In this document: positions 11,138 through 20,407 of the stretch, one piece after another
Position numbering within the stretch: position 1 is the first letter of the stretch
Layout of the letters: each line of letters opens with the position of its first letter
Source of the DNA: Nocardioides sp.
GTDB lineage: Bacteria; Actinomycetota; Actinomycetes; Propionibacteriales; Nocardioidaceae
DNA: 64,000 nt
Assembly (NCBI RefSeq): GCF_964229035.1
Contig: NZ_CAXRAZ010000021.1
Span: 6,812 to 70,811, forward strand
Direction of reading: 5' to 3'
Program-made: the position numbers and the translations under genes
The notes under the pieces: generated by a model
Seen by the model: the letters and a program-made list of their open reading frames with translations, nothing else
Database searches by the model: none
Told to the model about the DNA's origin: nothing

Positions 11138-11909
11138 GATCGGCTCCCTCCGCCGTGCGACCCAGATAGACCTCCTGCACGCGAGGGTCGGCCTGGATCT
11201 CGGCGACCGTCCCCTCGGTGAGCACCTTGCCGGCGTGCAGCACGGTGACGACGTCGGCGAAGGTGCGCACGAACTCCATGTCGTGCTCGATGACCACGAT
11301 CGTGCGCTCGGCGCCGATGCGACGCAGCAGTTCGCCGGTCTCGGTGCGCTCCTCGGCGCTCATGCCGGCGACCGGCTCGTCGAGCAGCATGACCTTGGAG
11401 TCCTGCACGAGCAGCATGCCGATCTCCAGCCACTGCTTCTGACCGTGCGCCAGCACGCCCGCCGGCCGGTCGCGCAGGTCGCTGAGACCGATCGTCTCCA
11501 GCGCCGACTCGACGTACTCCGGGACTCCGCGGCGGGCCCGCAGCATCCCCCAGGCCGAGCGGTGGACGCCTCCGGCGATGTCGAGGTTCTGCAGCACCGT
11601 GAGCTCCTCGAAGACCGTGGCGGTCTGGAACGTGCGGCCCACGCCGGCCTGGACGACCTTGTGGGAGCGCAGGCCGAGCAGCTCGCGCCCCCGGTAGCGC
11701 GCCAGCCCGCTGCCGGGCACGAGCCCCGTGACGGCGTCCACCAGCGTCGTCTTGCCGGCACCGTTGGGGCCGATGAGGAAGTGCAGGCGCCCCTGCAGGA
11801 GGGTGAGGTCGACGCCGTCCACGGCTCGGAAGCCGTCGAACTCGACCGTGAGGCCGCGGATCTCGAGGTAGTCGAGCCCGCGCTCGTCGGGAGGCACGAC
11901 GTGCTTCAT
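11130..11909 (-). CDS. urtD: urea ABC transporter ATP-binding protein UrtD
   Basis: Walker A GPNGAGKTT. The ATG at 11909 overlaps the urtC stop (ATGA). The longer tracked ORF extension looks non-coding. Confidence 0.85.
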   Translation of the reverse strand: MKHVVPPDERGLDYLEIRGLTVEFDGFRAVDGVDLTLLQGRLHFLIGPNGAGKTTLVDAVTGLVPGSGLARYRGRELLGLRSHKVVQAGVGRTFQTATVFEELTVLQNLDIAGGVHRSAWGMLRARRGVPEYVESALETIGLSDLRDRPAGVLAHGQKQWLEIGMLLVQDSKVMLLDEPVAGMSAEERTETGELLRRIGAERTIVVIEHDMEFVRTFADVVTVLHAGKVLTEGTVAEIQADPRVQEVYLGRTAEGADHA

Positions 11910-13030
11910 GCCGCGACCTCCTCGGTGACGCCGGAGGATGCCCGGTGGCGTGACGACGGCGGTCGGCTCCTGACCCGGTCGGCGATCGCCCTGCCCCAGC
12001 GCGACAGGGCCGAGGCCAGGCCGGCCGGCAGGAAGAGGATCACCACCACGAACAGCAGGCCCAGGAAGTAGGTCCACTGGTCGGGGAACGCCTCCGACAG
12101 CGTGGTGCGGCCGTAGCCGACGGCCAGTGCTCCGAGGGCGGGGCCGAGCAGTGCGGCGCGCCCGCCGAGGGCCACGCCGGCGATGAGCATGATGGAGGCG
12201 AGCGCGTTGACCTCACGGGGGTTGATCAGACCGGCCAGCGGCACGAACAGCGCCCCGCCGATGCTCGCCATCACGGCGGCGATCACGAAGGCCAGCAGCT
12301 TGATGTTCGCCGGGTCGTGCCCGAGGAAGCGCACCCGCTCCTCGCCGTCGCGCACCGCCACGAGCAGCTCGCCGAACCGACTGCGGTACAGCTGCCAGGT
12401 CAGCAGCAGCATCGCCACCAGCACGCCGGCGGTGATCGAGTAGATCATCTGCTTGTTGACGGGGTCGTAGAGGTTGTAGCCGAAGAACGAGCTCAGTGAG
12501 TTCAGGCCGGTCTGGCCGCCGGTGTACTTGATCTGCGAGACCAGGAGCGCCGCGAACGCGACCGTCAGCGCCTGCGACAGGATCGCGAAGTAGGCGCCCT
12601 TGATCCGTCGCTTGAACACCGCCGCGCCGAGCGCGGTCGCCACCACCGCCGGCAGCACGATGATCGCTGCGATCGTGAAGCCCCCACTGCGGAAGGGCTC
12701 CCACCACACGGGTAGCGAGCCGTCGCCGAAGTTCAGCATGAAGTCGGGCACCCCGCCCGTCGCTGCGGCGGCCTCGAGCTTGAGGTGCATGCCCATCGCG
12801 TAGGCCCCGATGCCGAAGAACAGTCCCTGGCCGAGCACGAGCATGCCGCCGCGCCCCCAGGCGATGCCGATGCCGACGGCCGCGATCGCGTAGCAGCAGT
12901 ACTTGCCGAGGTTGTTCAGCCGGAACGGGGTGAGCACGCTGGGCGCCACCACGAGCAGGAGCACCGCGATCAGGGCGATGCCGAGCAGGGGGAGCGAGGA
13001 GCGCAGCAGGTGCGCCGAGCGGGGGCTCAC
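11906..13030 (-). CDS. urtC: urea ABC transporter permease UrtC
   Basis: A polytopic LivM-type permease. Both ends show 4-nt overlaps with neighbouring genes. Confidence 0.85.
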   Translation of the reverse strand: MSPRSAHLLRSSLPLLGIALIAVLLLVVAPSVLTPFRLNNLGKYCCYAIAAVGIGIAWGRGGMLVLGQGLFFGIGAYAMGMHLKLEAAAATGGVPDFMLNFGDGSLPVWWEPFRSGGFTIAAIIVLPAVVATALGAAVFKRRIKGAYFAILSQALTVAFAALLVSQIKYTGGQTGLNSLSSFFGYNLYDPVNKQMIYSITAGVLVAMLLLTWQLYRSRFGELLVAVRDGEERVRFLGHDPANIKLLAFVIAAVMASIGGALFVPLAGLINPREVNALASIMLIAGVALGGRAALLGPALGALAVGYGRTTLSEAFPDQWTYFLGLLFVVVILFLPAGLASALSRWGRAIADRVRSRPPSSRHRASSGVTEEVAA

Positions 13031-13911
13031 ACCAGGCTCCTCGTCCGGACCGTGAAGAGGCCCTGGGGACGGACCTGGAGCAGGACCACGACGAGCAGGA
13101 AGGTGAGGACCACGGCCATGCTCCCGTCGGTGAAGTAGGTGAGGAACGCGCGGATGATGCCGAGCCCGAAGGCGGCGATGACCGCGCCTCGGATCTGGCC
13201 GATGCCGCCCGCGACGACCACGAGGAAGGCGGCGATGATGTACTCCGAGCCCATCGTCGACTCCGTGGCCGTCACCCGGGTGACGGCGACACCGGCGATG
13301 CCGGCCAGGCCGGAGCCGAGGAAGAAGGTGGCGCGGTCGACGTTGCGGGTCGAGACGCCGAGGGTCTCAGCGAGGTCGCGACTCTGCACCGTGGCGCGCA
13401 TGCGTCGTCCGAAGGCGGTGGTGCGCATCATCCAGGCCACGGCGCCCAGGCACACGAGCGTGAGGACGAGGATGAAGAGCTGGCTGAGCGGATAGCGGTA
13501 GCCGAGGATCGGGATCTGCCCCTCGAGCCAGCCGGGCCCCTCGACCGCCACCGCCTGGGCGCCGAAGACGTCCTTCGCGGCCTGCTGCAGCACCAGGCTG
13601 ACGCCGAAGGTCACCAGGAGGGTGTCGAGGGGGCGGTGGTACATCCAGCGGATGACAGTGAGCTCCAGCAGCACGCCGAGGAGGCCGGCGACGCAGAAGG
13701 CGACGGGCAGTGCGACCAGCAGCGAGATGTCGGCGTTCGTCACGACCTGCTGGGTCAGGAACGCGGTGTACGCGCCGGCCATGAGGAACTCGCCGTGGGC
13801 CATGTTGATGACGCCCATCTGCCCGAAGGTGAGCGAGAGGCCGAGGGCGACGAGCAGCAGAGCGGCGCCGTAGGAGGCGCCGGTGAAGACCTGGGAGATG
13901 ACGACGTCCAC
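13027..13911 (-). CDS. urtB: urea ABC transporter permease UrtB
   Basis: LivH-type permease of 294 aa with a GTG start, preceded by GGAAGGA. Confidence 0.85.
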   Translation of the reverse strand: MDVVISQVFTGASYGAALLLVALGLSLTFGQMGVINMAHGEFLMAGAYTAFLTQQVVTNADISLLVALPVAFCVAGLLGVLLELTVIRWMYHRPLDTLLVTFGVSLVLQQAAKDVFGAQAVAVEGPGWLEGQIPILGYRYPLSQLFILVLTLVCLGAVAWMMRTTAFGRRMRATVQSRDLAETLGVSTRNVDRATFFLGSGLAGIAGVAVTRVTATESTMGSEYIIAAFLVVVAGGIGQIRGAVIAAFGLGIIRAFLTYFTDGSMAVVLTFLLVVVLLQVRPQGLFTVRTRSLV

Positions 13912-13924
13912 GAAGGTCCTTCCG

Positions 13925-13950
13925 GGGGAGGGCCGCCCGTCCCCCTCCCC
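13925..13950 (-). promoter_or_regulatory. intercistronic G/C hairpin between urtA and urtB (8-bp stem GGGGAGGG/CCCTCCCC, 10-nt loop)
   Basis: Read directly. It sits in the 96-nt urtA-urtB spacer. A binding-protein-distal hairpin is typical of ABC operons. Confidence 0.3.
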
Positions 13951-14007
13951 GCGTGGGGGAAGGGGACGAGCGGTAGGTGCTCGAGGAGAGCGGGACGGGT
14001 CAGGCGG

Positions 14008-15264
14008 TCAGTCCTTGCTGGGGTCCCACCACGAGTAGCCCTTGAGGAACGGGTCGGGCTCGATCGGCTCGCCTGAGGACCAGATGGTCGTGATGAGCTT
14101 GTCGGGCTGGACCTCGCCGATGAGGGCGGTCTTGGCGATGTGGTGGTTGTCGCCGTTCACGGTGACGGTGCCCTCGGGCGCCTCGAAGGTCGTGCCGCCG
14201 GAGGCGTCGATGACCTTGTCGACGTCGAAGGACTTCGCCTTCTCGACCATCGCCTTGTAGAGGTACAGCGAGGTGTAGGCGGCCTCCATCGGGTCCGAGG
14301 TCACCGCGTCCGCGCCGTACTTGGCCTTGAAGGCCTCCACGAACTTCTTGTTCGCCGGGCTGTCGACGGTCTGGTAGTAATTCCACGACGTCATCTGGCC
14401 GGTGAGGTCGACGGGGATGGCCGCGGCCTCCTCCTCGGCGATGGAGACCGAGATGATCGGGGTGTTCTTCGCCGACAGGCCCTTCTCGGAGTAGGCCTGG
14501 AGGAAGGCGACGTTCGAGTCGCCGTTGATGGTGTTGAACACGACGTCGGGCTTGGTGGCGACGATCTTGTCGACTGCGGTGCCCCAGGCGCCCTGGTCGA
14601 GCGGCTGGTACTCCTCGCCCACGACCTCGATGCCGTACTCGGCGGCGTACTGCTTGATGATCTTGTTGGCGGTGCGCGGGAACACGTAGTCGGAGCCGGC
14701 GAGGAAGATCGACTTGATCTTCTTCTCCTCGCGCAGGAAGTCGAGCGCCGGGATGATCTGCTGGTTCGTCGTCGCGCCGGTGTAGAAGATGTTGCGGTCC
14801 GCCTCGAGGCCCTCGTACTGCACGGGGTAGAACAGGATCGAGTTCAGGCTCTTGAACACCGGGCGCATGGCGACCCGCGAACTGGAGGTCCAGCCGCCGA
14901 ACACCGCGGCCACGCAGTCCTGCTGGATGAGCTTCTCGGCCTTCTCGGCGAAGACGGTGGGCTCGGAGGCGCCGTCCTCCTGCACGATCTTGATCTTCTT
15001 GCCCAGGATGCCGCCGTCGGCGTTGATCTCCTCGGCGGCCATGCCGAGCGACTTCGACACCGTGGTCTCGCTGATCGACATCGCACCCGAGAGGGAGTTG
15101 AGGAAACCGAGCTTGACGGAGTCGCCGGAGGTGTCGACGCAGCTGGAGGCCGCGCTCTCCTCCCCGGACTTGGAGCCACCGCAGGCGCTGAGGCCCAGCG
15201 CGACGGTGAGAGCCAGGACGGAGCCCGTGGCAAGGCGGGAGCGGAAGTGGTTCACGTGGGACAA
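14008..15264 (-). CDS. urtA: urea ABC transporter substrate-binding lipoprotein UrtA
   Basis: Lipobox LALTVALGLSACGG. It belongs to the AmiC/UrtA family (GGWTSSSRVAM, GSDYVFPRTANK) and is the first gene of the urt-ure unit. Confidence 0.9.
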   Translation of the reverse strand: MSHVNHFRSRLATGSVLALTVALGLSACGGSKSGEESAASSCVDTSGDSVKLGFLNSLSGAMSISETTVSKSLGMAAEEINADGGILGKKIKIVQEDGASEPTVFAEKAEKLIQQDCVAAVFGGWTSSSRVAMRPVFKSLNSILFYPVQYEGLEADRNIFYTGATTNQQIIPALDFLREEKKIKSIFLAGSDYVFPRTANKIIKQYAAEYGIEVVGEEYQPLDQGAWGTAVDKIVATKPDVVFNTINGDSNVAFLQAYSEKGLSAKNTPIISVSIAEEEAAAIPVDLTGQMTSWNYYQTVDSPANKKFVEAFKAKYGADAVTSDPMEAAYTSLYLYKAMVEKAKSFDVDKVIDASGGTTFEAPEGTVTVNGDNHHIAKTALIGEVQPDKLITTIWSSGEPIEPDPFLKGYSWWDPSKD

Positions 15265-15357
15265 CCCTCTCGGTCATCAGACGCTGCCGGTCGGCGGCGT
15301 CGGGGGGCCTGGGGGCACGGCGACGGGCCCCGGTGGCGATGAACCTAGGGAGGGCGG

Positions 15358-15397
15358 ATTTCCATTTATTACCGAATGGAATTAATTCCGTGTTTCG
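15358..15397. promoter_or_regulatory. AT-rich patch with nested palindromes upstream of urtA (GGAATTAATTCC at 15378-15389; TTCCATT/AATGGAA at 15360-15366/15375-15381)
   Basis: This is the only AT-rich stretch in the 148-bp spacer upstream of the urt-ure unit. It is a candidate promoter or nitrogen-regulator operator. Confidence 0.35.
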
Positions 15398-15412
15398 TGG
15401 AGCCCGACTGCG

Positions 15413-16420
15413 TTACGAGTCGGCGAGCACTCCGAGCAGCCGCTCCACCGGGCTCGTGAGGCCCCACCGGGCCACCAGCTCCTCGGTCGCGGCGCCGTCA
15501 GCGGCCGACCTCGGGAGCGCCAGGTCGCCGGCGACATCCAGCCCCAGGTCGAGGTCGCGGACGACGGCCACCACCCGCGGCGCGACGTCGAGGTAGTCGG
15601 AGGCCTCGCCGATCCGGGTGCGCACCGCGGGCGTGAGCCCGGACGACGCGTCGCTCGCGGCCGCGCGGACGCCGGCGAGGTCGCCGAAGCGCTCGAGCAG
15701 GGAGGCCGCGGTCTTCTCCCCGACGCCCTTGACGCCGGGCAGGCCGTCGGAGGTGTCGCCGCGCAGCGTGGCGAAGTCGGCGTACTGGTCGGCGCGCACC
15801 CCGTACTTCTCCCGCACCCACGCCTCGTCCACGCGCTCGTGGCGGCCCACGCCACGCGCGACGTAGAGCACGCGCACGGCCGCGGCGTCGTCCACGAGCT
15901 GGAAGAGGTCGCGGTCGCCGGTGACGACGTCGACGGCGAGCCCGGCCTCCACACCGCGGTCGGCGAGGGTGCCGATCACGTCGTCGGCCTCGTGCTCGGG
16001 CGCACCGACCACCGCGATGCCGAGCGCCGCCAGCACCTCGCGGATGATCGGCACCTGCAGGCCGAGCGGGTCGGGCACCTCCTCCACGTCGGGGGCGTCC
16101 GCCACCTCCTCCACGACCCGGTGCGCCTTGTAGGTCGGCAGGAGGTCGACGCGCCACTGCGGGCGCCAGTCGTCGTCCCAGCAGCACGCCAGGTGGGTGG
16201 GCCGGTACTGCTCCACCAACCGGGAGATGTAGTCGAGCAGGCCGCGGACCGCGTTGACGTTGGTGCCGTCGGGTGCCGCGATCTCCGGTGCGCCGAAGAA
16301 GGCGCGGAAGTAGAGGCTCGCGGTGTCGAGCAGCAGCAGGCGCGGCGCGCCGGCGCCGGTGGAGGCGCCCGTGGAGGCGGGGGTGGAGGGGCTGGTCTCG
16401 GAAGCGCTCATCGCGGCCAC
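15413..16420 (-). CDS. 5'-3' exonuclease (Pol I N-terminal/FEN-like)
   Basis: LLLLDTASLYFRAFFG, the TGDRDLFQLV acidic cluster and an H3TH region (GLPGVKGVGEKTA). Confidence 0.85.
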   Translation of the reverse strand: MAAMSASETSPSTPASTGASTGAGAPRLLLLDTASLYFRAFFGAPEIAAPDGTNVNAVRGLLDYISRLVEQYRPTHLACCWDDDWRPQWRVDLLPTYKAHRVVEEVADAPDVEEVPDPLGLQVPIIREVLAALGIAVVGAPEHEADDVIGTLADRGVEAGLAVDVVTGDRDLFQLVDDAAAVRVLYVARGVGRHERVDEAWVREKYGVRADQYADFATLRGDTSDGLPGVKGVGEKTAASLLERFGDLAGVRAAASDASSGLTPAVRTRIGEASDYLDVAPRVVAVVRDLDLGLDVAGDLALPRSAADGAATEELVARWGLTSPVERLLGVLADS

Positions 16421-16518
16421 CCTACGGCGCCGACGAGCTGGCGGGACGCCTCAGTCGCTCCGGCTCGGACCACGGGATCGCCCGCGGCGCGTCGGCGCCC
16501 GCCACTAGGGTGCGGGAC

Positions 16519-16983
16519 GTGAGTCAGAGCAGCCCCACGCCGGTCGAGGCGATCGATCGACAGATCCTCGAGCTGCTGGCCACCGACGGCCGCATGAGCT
16601 ACACCGACCTGGGTCGAGCCACCGGCCTGTCGACTTCCGCGGTGCACCAGCGGGTCAAGCGCCTCGAGCAGCGCGGCCTCATCCTGGGCTACGGCGCCAC
16701 CGTGAACTACGCCGAGATCGGCCTCCCGCTGACGGCGTTCATCGCCATCAGGCCGATCGATCCCTCCCAGCCCGACGACTGCCCCGAGCGCCTGATCGCG
16801 ATGCCCGAGATCGAGTCCTGCTGGTCGGTGGCGGGGGAGGAGTCCTACGTGCTCAAGGTGCGCTCCACCTCGCCCCTGGAGCTCGAGCGGCTGCTCGGAC
16901 GCATCCGCGCCGCCGCCAACGTCGCCACCCGCACCACCATCGTGCTCTCGACCTACTACGAGAACCGGCCCGTCAGCGGCTGA
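16519..16983 (+). CDS. Lrp/AsnC family transcriptional regulator
   Basis: The GTG at 16519 gives VSQSSPTPVEAIDRQILELLATDGRMSYTDLGRATGLSTSAVHQRVKRLE plus an RAM/AsnC_trans_reg domain. Confidence 0.85.
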   Translation: MSQSSPTPVEAIDRQILELLATDGRMSYTDLGRATGLSTSAVHQRVKRLEQRGLILGYGATVNYAEIGLPLTAFIAIRPIDPSQPDDCPERLIAMPEIESCWSVAGEESYVLKVRSTSPLELERLLGRIRAAANVATRTTIVLSTYYENRPVSG

Positions 16984-17091
16984 GCCGGCGGCTCCTGCGG
17001 CCTCCGATCGACCTCCAGGCGGCCTCGCTCGGCGCGTCGCGGGCGACACGCCGATGATCCGAGCGATTTCCGGCGGTTTTTCGGGCCGTCG

Positions 17092-17135
17092 GCAGGTCAC
17101 CCTGACCTGCGACAACGCACATCGGCGCAGGTCAC
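17092..17135. repeat. GCAGGTCAC motif x3 (inverted pair GCAGGTCA-CCC-TGACCTGC at 17092-17110, direct copy at 17127-17135)
   Basis: Read directly. It lies in the 463-bp lrp-lnt intergenic region. Confidence 0.3.
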
Positions 17136-17296
17136 GAGCCGGTTGACACAGGCCTGCCGGCTCGCGAAAGTACCCGGGTCCGCTCGCGCAGGTCGAGGCC
17201 AGCGGACCGGCGTCCGAGTGGCCGTCCGACGGGGGAGTGGCACCAACTCCGCCCGATGGCGGTTCGCGGAGGTCGGTTCGCCCCCCGAGAGCGGAT

Positions 17297-17389
17297 CGGA
17301 GGAGTCCTCGTGCCGTCGAGGACAACGGCGCGCGCCGGGGCAGCCAGCCCCGCGGCGCGACGGACCCGAGACGGTCGAGGACTCCTCCG
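17297..17389 (+). other. 14-bp perfect inverted repeat (CGGAGGAGTCCTCG / CGAGGACTCCTCCG) with a competing inner hairpin, in the lnt 5' leader
   Basis: The arms are at 17297-17310 and 17376-17389. The inner hairpin is GTCCTCG-tgccgt-CGAGGAC at 17304-17323 and uses the same left arm. Confidence 0.3.
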
Positions 17390-17446
17390 CACCCCTGGAA
17401 CGCGCCCGGCGCCGCCGGCGTTGCGGTCGGCCCCTAGGCTCGTGGC

Positions 17447-19036
17447 GTGCTCATGCGATCGGTCGCCGCCGTGGTCTCCGGTCTGGCCCTCTCTGCCGCC
17501 TTCGAGCCCCTCGCCTTCGCGTGGCTGCTGCCGTTCGGCGTGCTGGGGTTCGCGCTGACGACGCGCGGACTCACGCCCCGCCGCTCGGCGCTGGTCGGCC
17601 TGCTGTTCGGCGCCGCCTTCTACTTCACCCACATCGCGTGGATGCGCTCCTCGATCGGCGCGCCCGCCTGGCTGACGCTCTCGACCGTGGAGACACTCTT
17701 CTACGGGGCGCTGGCAGCCACGCTGCCGCTGCTGCGCACCCTGCCGGCCGCGCCGCTGTGGTGCGCGGCCGGGTGGGCCGCGATGGAGAACCTGCGCAGC
17801 ACCTGGCCGCTCTCGGGCATGCCGTGGGGGCGTCTCTCCTTCGCCGTGATCGACACCCCCGCGGCTCCTGCACTGGCCTACGTCGGCATGACCGGACTCT
17901 CGTTCGCGCTGGCGCTCCTGGCGTTCGTGCTCGCGGAGGCGATCGTGGCCGCCGATCGCGCACGCGGCGGCACCGGCCCGCGACGCGTCGTCCTGCTGCC
18001 CGCCGTCGGTGCCGTGCTCGTCGGCGCGAGCATCCTGCTGCCCGCTCTGGCACCGGTCGACCTCGAGTACGACGGTGAGGCCACGGTGGCCGTCGTCCAG
18101 GGCGACGTCCCCGGCCCCGGCAACAACATCCTCTACGACCCCCCGGGCGTCACGGCCAACCACGTGCGGGCCACGATCGGGCTCGCCGAGGACGTCGCGG
18201 CCGGTCGCGAGCCCCGTCCCGATCTCGTCGTGTGGCCGGAGAACTCCACGACGAGCGACCCCTTCGAGCCCGGCGTCGTGCGCGACGGCATCGAGGAGGC
18301 CGTGGCCCGCATCGGCGTCCCGGTCGTGGTCGGCGCCATCGTGGACGACGGCCCGAAGCACATCCTGAACCAGGGGATCATCTGGGATCCCGTGACCGGG
18401 CCGGGGCAACGCTACGGCAAGCACCATCCGGTGCCCTACGGCGAGTTCATCCCGTGGCGCAACCTGTGGAACCCCCAGTTCGGGCGCTTGGGGCTGATCC
18501 GGCGCGACGTGCGGCCGGGCACCGGCGCCACGCCCATGGAGGCCGCCGGCCTCCGCTTCGCCGACGCCATCTGCTTCGACGTCGCCTACGACGACGTCCT
18601 GCCGCGGCAGGTGCGCAACGGCGCGCAGTTCCTCGCGGTGCAGACGAGTAACGCCAGCTTCATCTTCACCCACCAGATCGAGCAGCAGTTCGCGATCACG
18701 CGGCTGCGCGCGATCGAGTCGGGACGCTGGCTGGCCGTGGCGTCGACCAACGGCCTCACGGGCATCATCGACCCCGACGGCCGGGTCGTGGCCGACGCGC
18801 CCGCTCGCACCCCGCGGGTGCTCGTCGAGCGGATGGGGCTGAGCGATGAGCTCACGCCGGCGCTGCGGATGGGCGAGTGGCCCACCCGGGTGTTCACCGG
18901 GTCGTTCCTGGTTGCTCTCGTGTTCGGCGCCGTGGCGTACCGTCGAGGGCGAGAGTTTCGCGGACCCCTGACGACGGGTGGCTCCGCCGAGACTCCGGCA
19001 CCACCCCCGACCACTAGCGAGGCCCCCCGTGGCTGA
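17447..19036 (+). CDS. lnt: apolipoprotein N-acyltransferase
   Basis: An N-terminal polytopic region followed by a CN-hydrolase domain (WPENS, catalytic Cys in DAICFDVAY). Confidence 0.9.
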   Translation: MLMRSVAAVVSGLALSAAFEPLAFAWLLPFGVLGFALTTRGLTPRRSALVGLLFGAAFYFTHIAWMRSSIGAPAWLTLSTVETLFYGALAATLPLLRTLPAAPLWCAAGWAAMENLRSTWPLSGMPWGRLSFAVIDTPAAPALAYVGMTGLSFALALLAFVLAEAIVAADRARGGTGPRRVVLLPAVGAVLVGASILLPALAPVDLEYDGEATVAVVQGDVPGPGNNILYDPPGVTANHVRATIGLAEDVAAGREPRPDLVVWPENSTTSDPFEPGVVRDGIEEAVARIGVPVVVGAIVDDGPKHILNQGIIWDPVTGPGQRYGKHHPVPYGEFIPWRNLWNPQFGRLGLIRRDVRPGTGATPMEAAGLRFADAICFDVAYDDVLPRQVRNGAQFLAVQTSNASFIFTHQIEQQFAITRLRAIESGRWLAVASTNGLTGIIDPDGRVVADAPARTPRVLVERMGLSDELTPALRMGEWPTRVFTGSFLVALVFGAVAYRRGREFRGPLTTGGSAETPAPPPTTSEAPRG

Positions 19037-19892
19037 CATCCACCCCTCATCCGACATCTCGGGCCGGATCGATCCCCTGGCCTCCCTGCACCGCGACCTC
19101 ACCGAGCTCGGGCGCGTCATCATGGTGATCCCGACCTACAACGAGGCCGCCAACCTCGCCTGGATCGTCGGGCGCCTGCGCGCGGCGCAGCCGACCGTCG
19201 ACGTGCTCGTGGTGGACGACGGATCGCCCGACGGCACCGGTGCGGTCGCCGACGACCTCGCCGCCTCCGACGCGCAGGTGCACGCACTGCACCGCACCAC
19301 CAAGGAGGGCCTCGGCGCCGCCTACCTCGCGGGCTTCGCGTGGGCGCTCGAGCACGGCTACGACGTGATCGGCGAGATGGACGCCGACGGCTCCCACCAG
19401 CCTGAGCAGCTGCACCGACTCCTCGGCGCCCTCCTCGACGCCGACCTCGTGATCGGTTCGCGATGGGTTCCCGGCGGCTCGGTGGTCAACTGGCCCTGGC
19501 AGCGCGAGGCGCTCTCGCGCGGCGGCAACCTCTACGTCCGCCTCCTGCTCGGCGTCACCGTGCGCGACGCCACCGCGGGCTTCCGCGTCTTCCGCCGCAC
19601 CACCTTGGAGAAGCTGCACCTCGAGGACGTCCGCTCCACCGGCTACGTCTTCCAGACCGATCTCGTCGCCCGCACCCTCAACGCCGGCCTGAGCGTGCGC
19701 GAGGTGCCGATCGAGTTCGTCGAGCGGGTGCGCGGCGAATCGAAGATGAGCGGCGCCGTGGCCGTGGAGTCGCTGCGCCGCATCACCGCCTGGGGTCTGC
19801 GCGAGCGTTGGGGGCGCCTGCGCCGCCGCGGCGCGGAGCGTCGTCCGCTCGAGCTCACCGGTAGCGGCGCGCAGGGATACTCACGCCGTTGA
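19029..19892 (+). CDS. ppm1: polyprenol-phosphate mannosyltransferase (GT2, Ppm1-type)
   Basis: The GTG at 19029 overlaps the lnt end by 8 nt. Motifs are VIPTYNEAANL, DDGSPDGT and MDADGSHQP. Confidence 0.85.
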   Translation: MADIHPSSDISGRIDPLASLHRDLTELGRVIMVIPTYNEAANLAWIVGRLRAAQPTVDVLVVDDGSPDGTGAVADDLAASDAQVHALHRTTKEGLGAAYLAGFAWALEHGYDVIGEMDADGSHQPEQLHRLLGALLDADLVIGSRWVPGGSVVNWPWQREALSRGGNLYVRLLLGVTVRDATAGFRVFRRTTLEKLHLEDVRSTGYVFQTDLVARTLNAGLSVREVPIEFVERVRGESKMSGAVAVESLRRITAWGLRERWGRLRRRGAERRPLELTGSGAQGYSRR

Positions 19893-20380
19893 GCAGGCGA
19901 AGCAGGCGCATCCCCGCCCTCCTGGTGCTGATCTTCCTGGTCGTGCCCCTCGCCGAGCTCGCGGTGCTGATCCAGGTGGGTCGGGTCATCGGGGCGTGGT
20001 GGACGATCCTGCTGCTGCTCGCCGACAGCATCCTGGGCGCCTGGCTGATCAAGCGCGAGGGACGCCGCGCCCTGGAGGCCCTGCGCACGCGGATCGAGCA
20101 GGGCCGCCTGCCCGCGCGAGAGCTCGCCGACGGCGCGCTGGTGGTGCTGGGCGGCGCACTGCTGCTGAGCCCCGGCTTCGTCACCGACGTCCTCGGGATC
20201 CTGCTGGTGCTGCCGCTCACCCGACCCCTGTTCCGGCGCGTGGCGATGGGCTACGCCGAATCGCGGATGAAGCGCCCCGGGATGGACGCGACCTGGCGTC
20301 CGCCGAGCGGGCCGGGCCCGGACGCGACTCGCCCCGGAGGACCGACGGTCGTCCGGGGCGAGGTGATCGACGAGGAGTGA
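19889..20380 (+). CDS. fxsA: FxsA family membrane protein
   Basis: LAELAVLIQVGRVIGAWWTILLLLADSILGAWLIKREG and LLLSPGFVTDVLGILLVLP. There is a 4-nt overlap with ppm1. Confidence 0.8.
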   Translation: MSRRSRRIPALLVLIFLVVPLAELAVLIQVGRVIGAWWTILLLLADSILGAWLIKREGRRALEALRTRIEQGRLPARELADGALVVLGGALLLSPGFVTDVLGILLVLPLTRPLFRRVAMGYAESRMKRPGMDATWRPPSGPGPDATRPGGPTVVRGEVIDEE

Positions 20381-20407
20381 GGCAGCGCCTCCTCCACGGG
20401 TCTCGGA

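Noticed and set aside
15402-15423. CCGACT-gcgttacg-AGTCGG inverted repeat overlapping the exonuclease stop codon, considered as a terminator
   Set aside because: The stem is only 6 bp, it partly lies in coding sequence, and there is no U tract. It is not convincing.
17164-17181. GCGAAAGUACCCGGGUCC resembling the RNase P RNA GAGGAAAGUCCGGGCUC motif
   Set aside because: The match is only partial. None of the other conserved RNase P regions (for example ACAGAA…GGCUUA) is present in the 463-bp spacer.
17132-19123. 663-aa minus-strand ORF opposite lnt
   Set aside because: It is an antisense shadow of lnt, with no recognisable motifs and an Arg/Gly-dominated composition.
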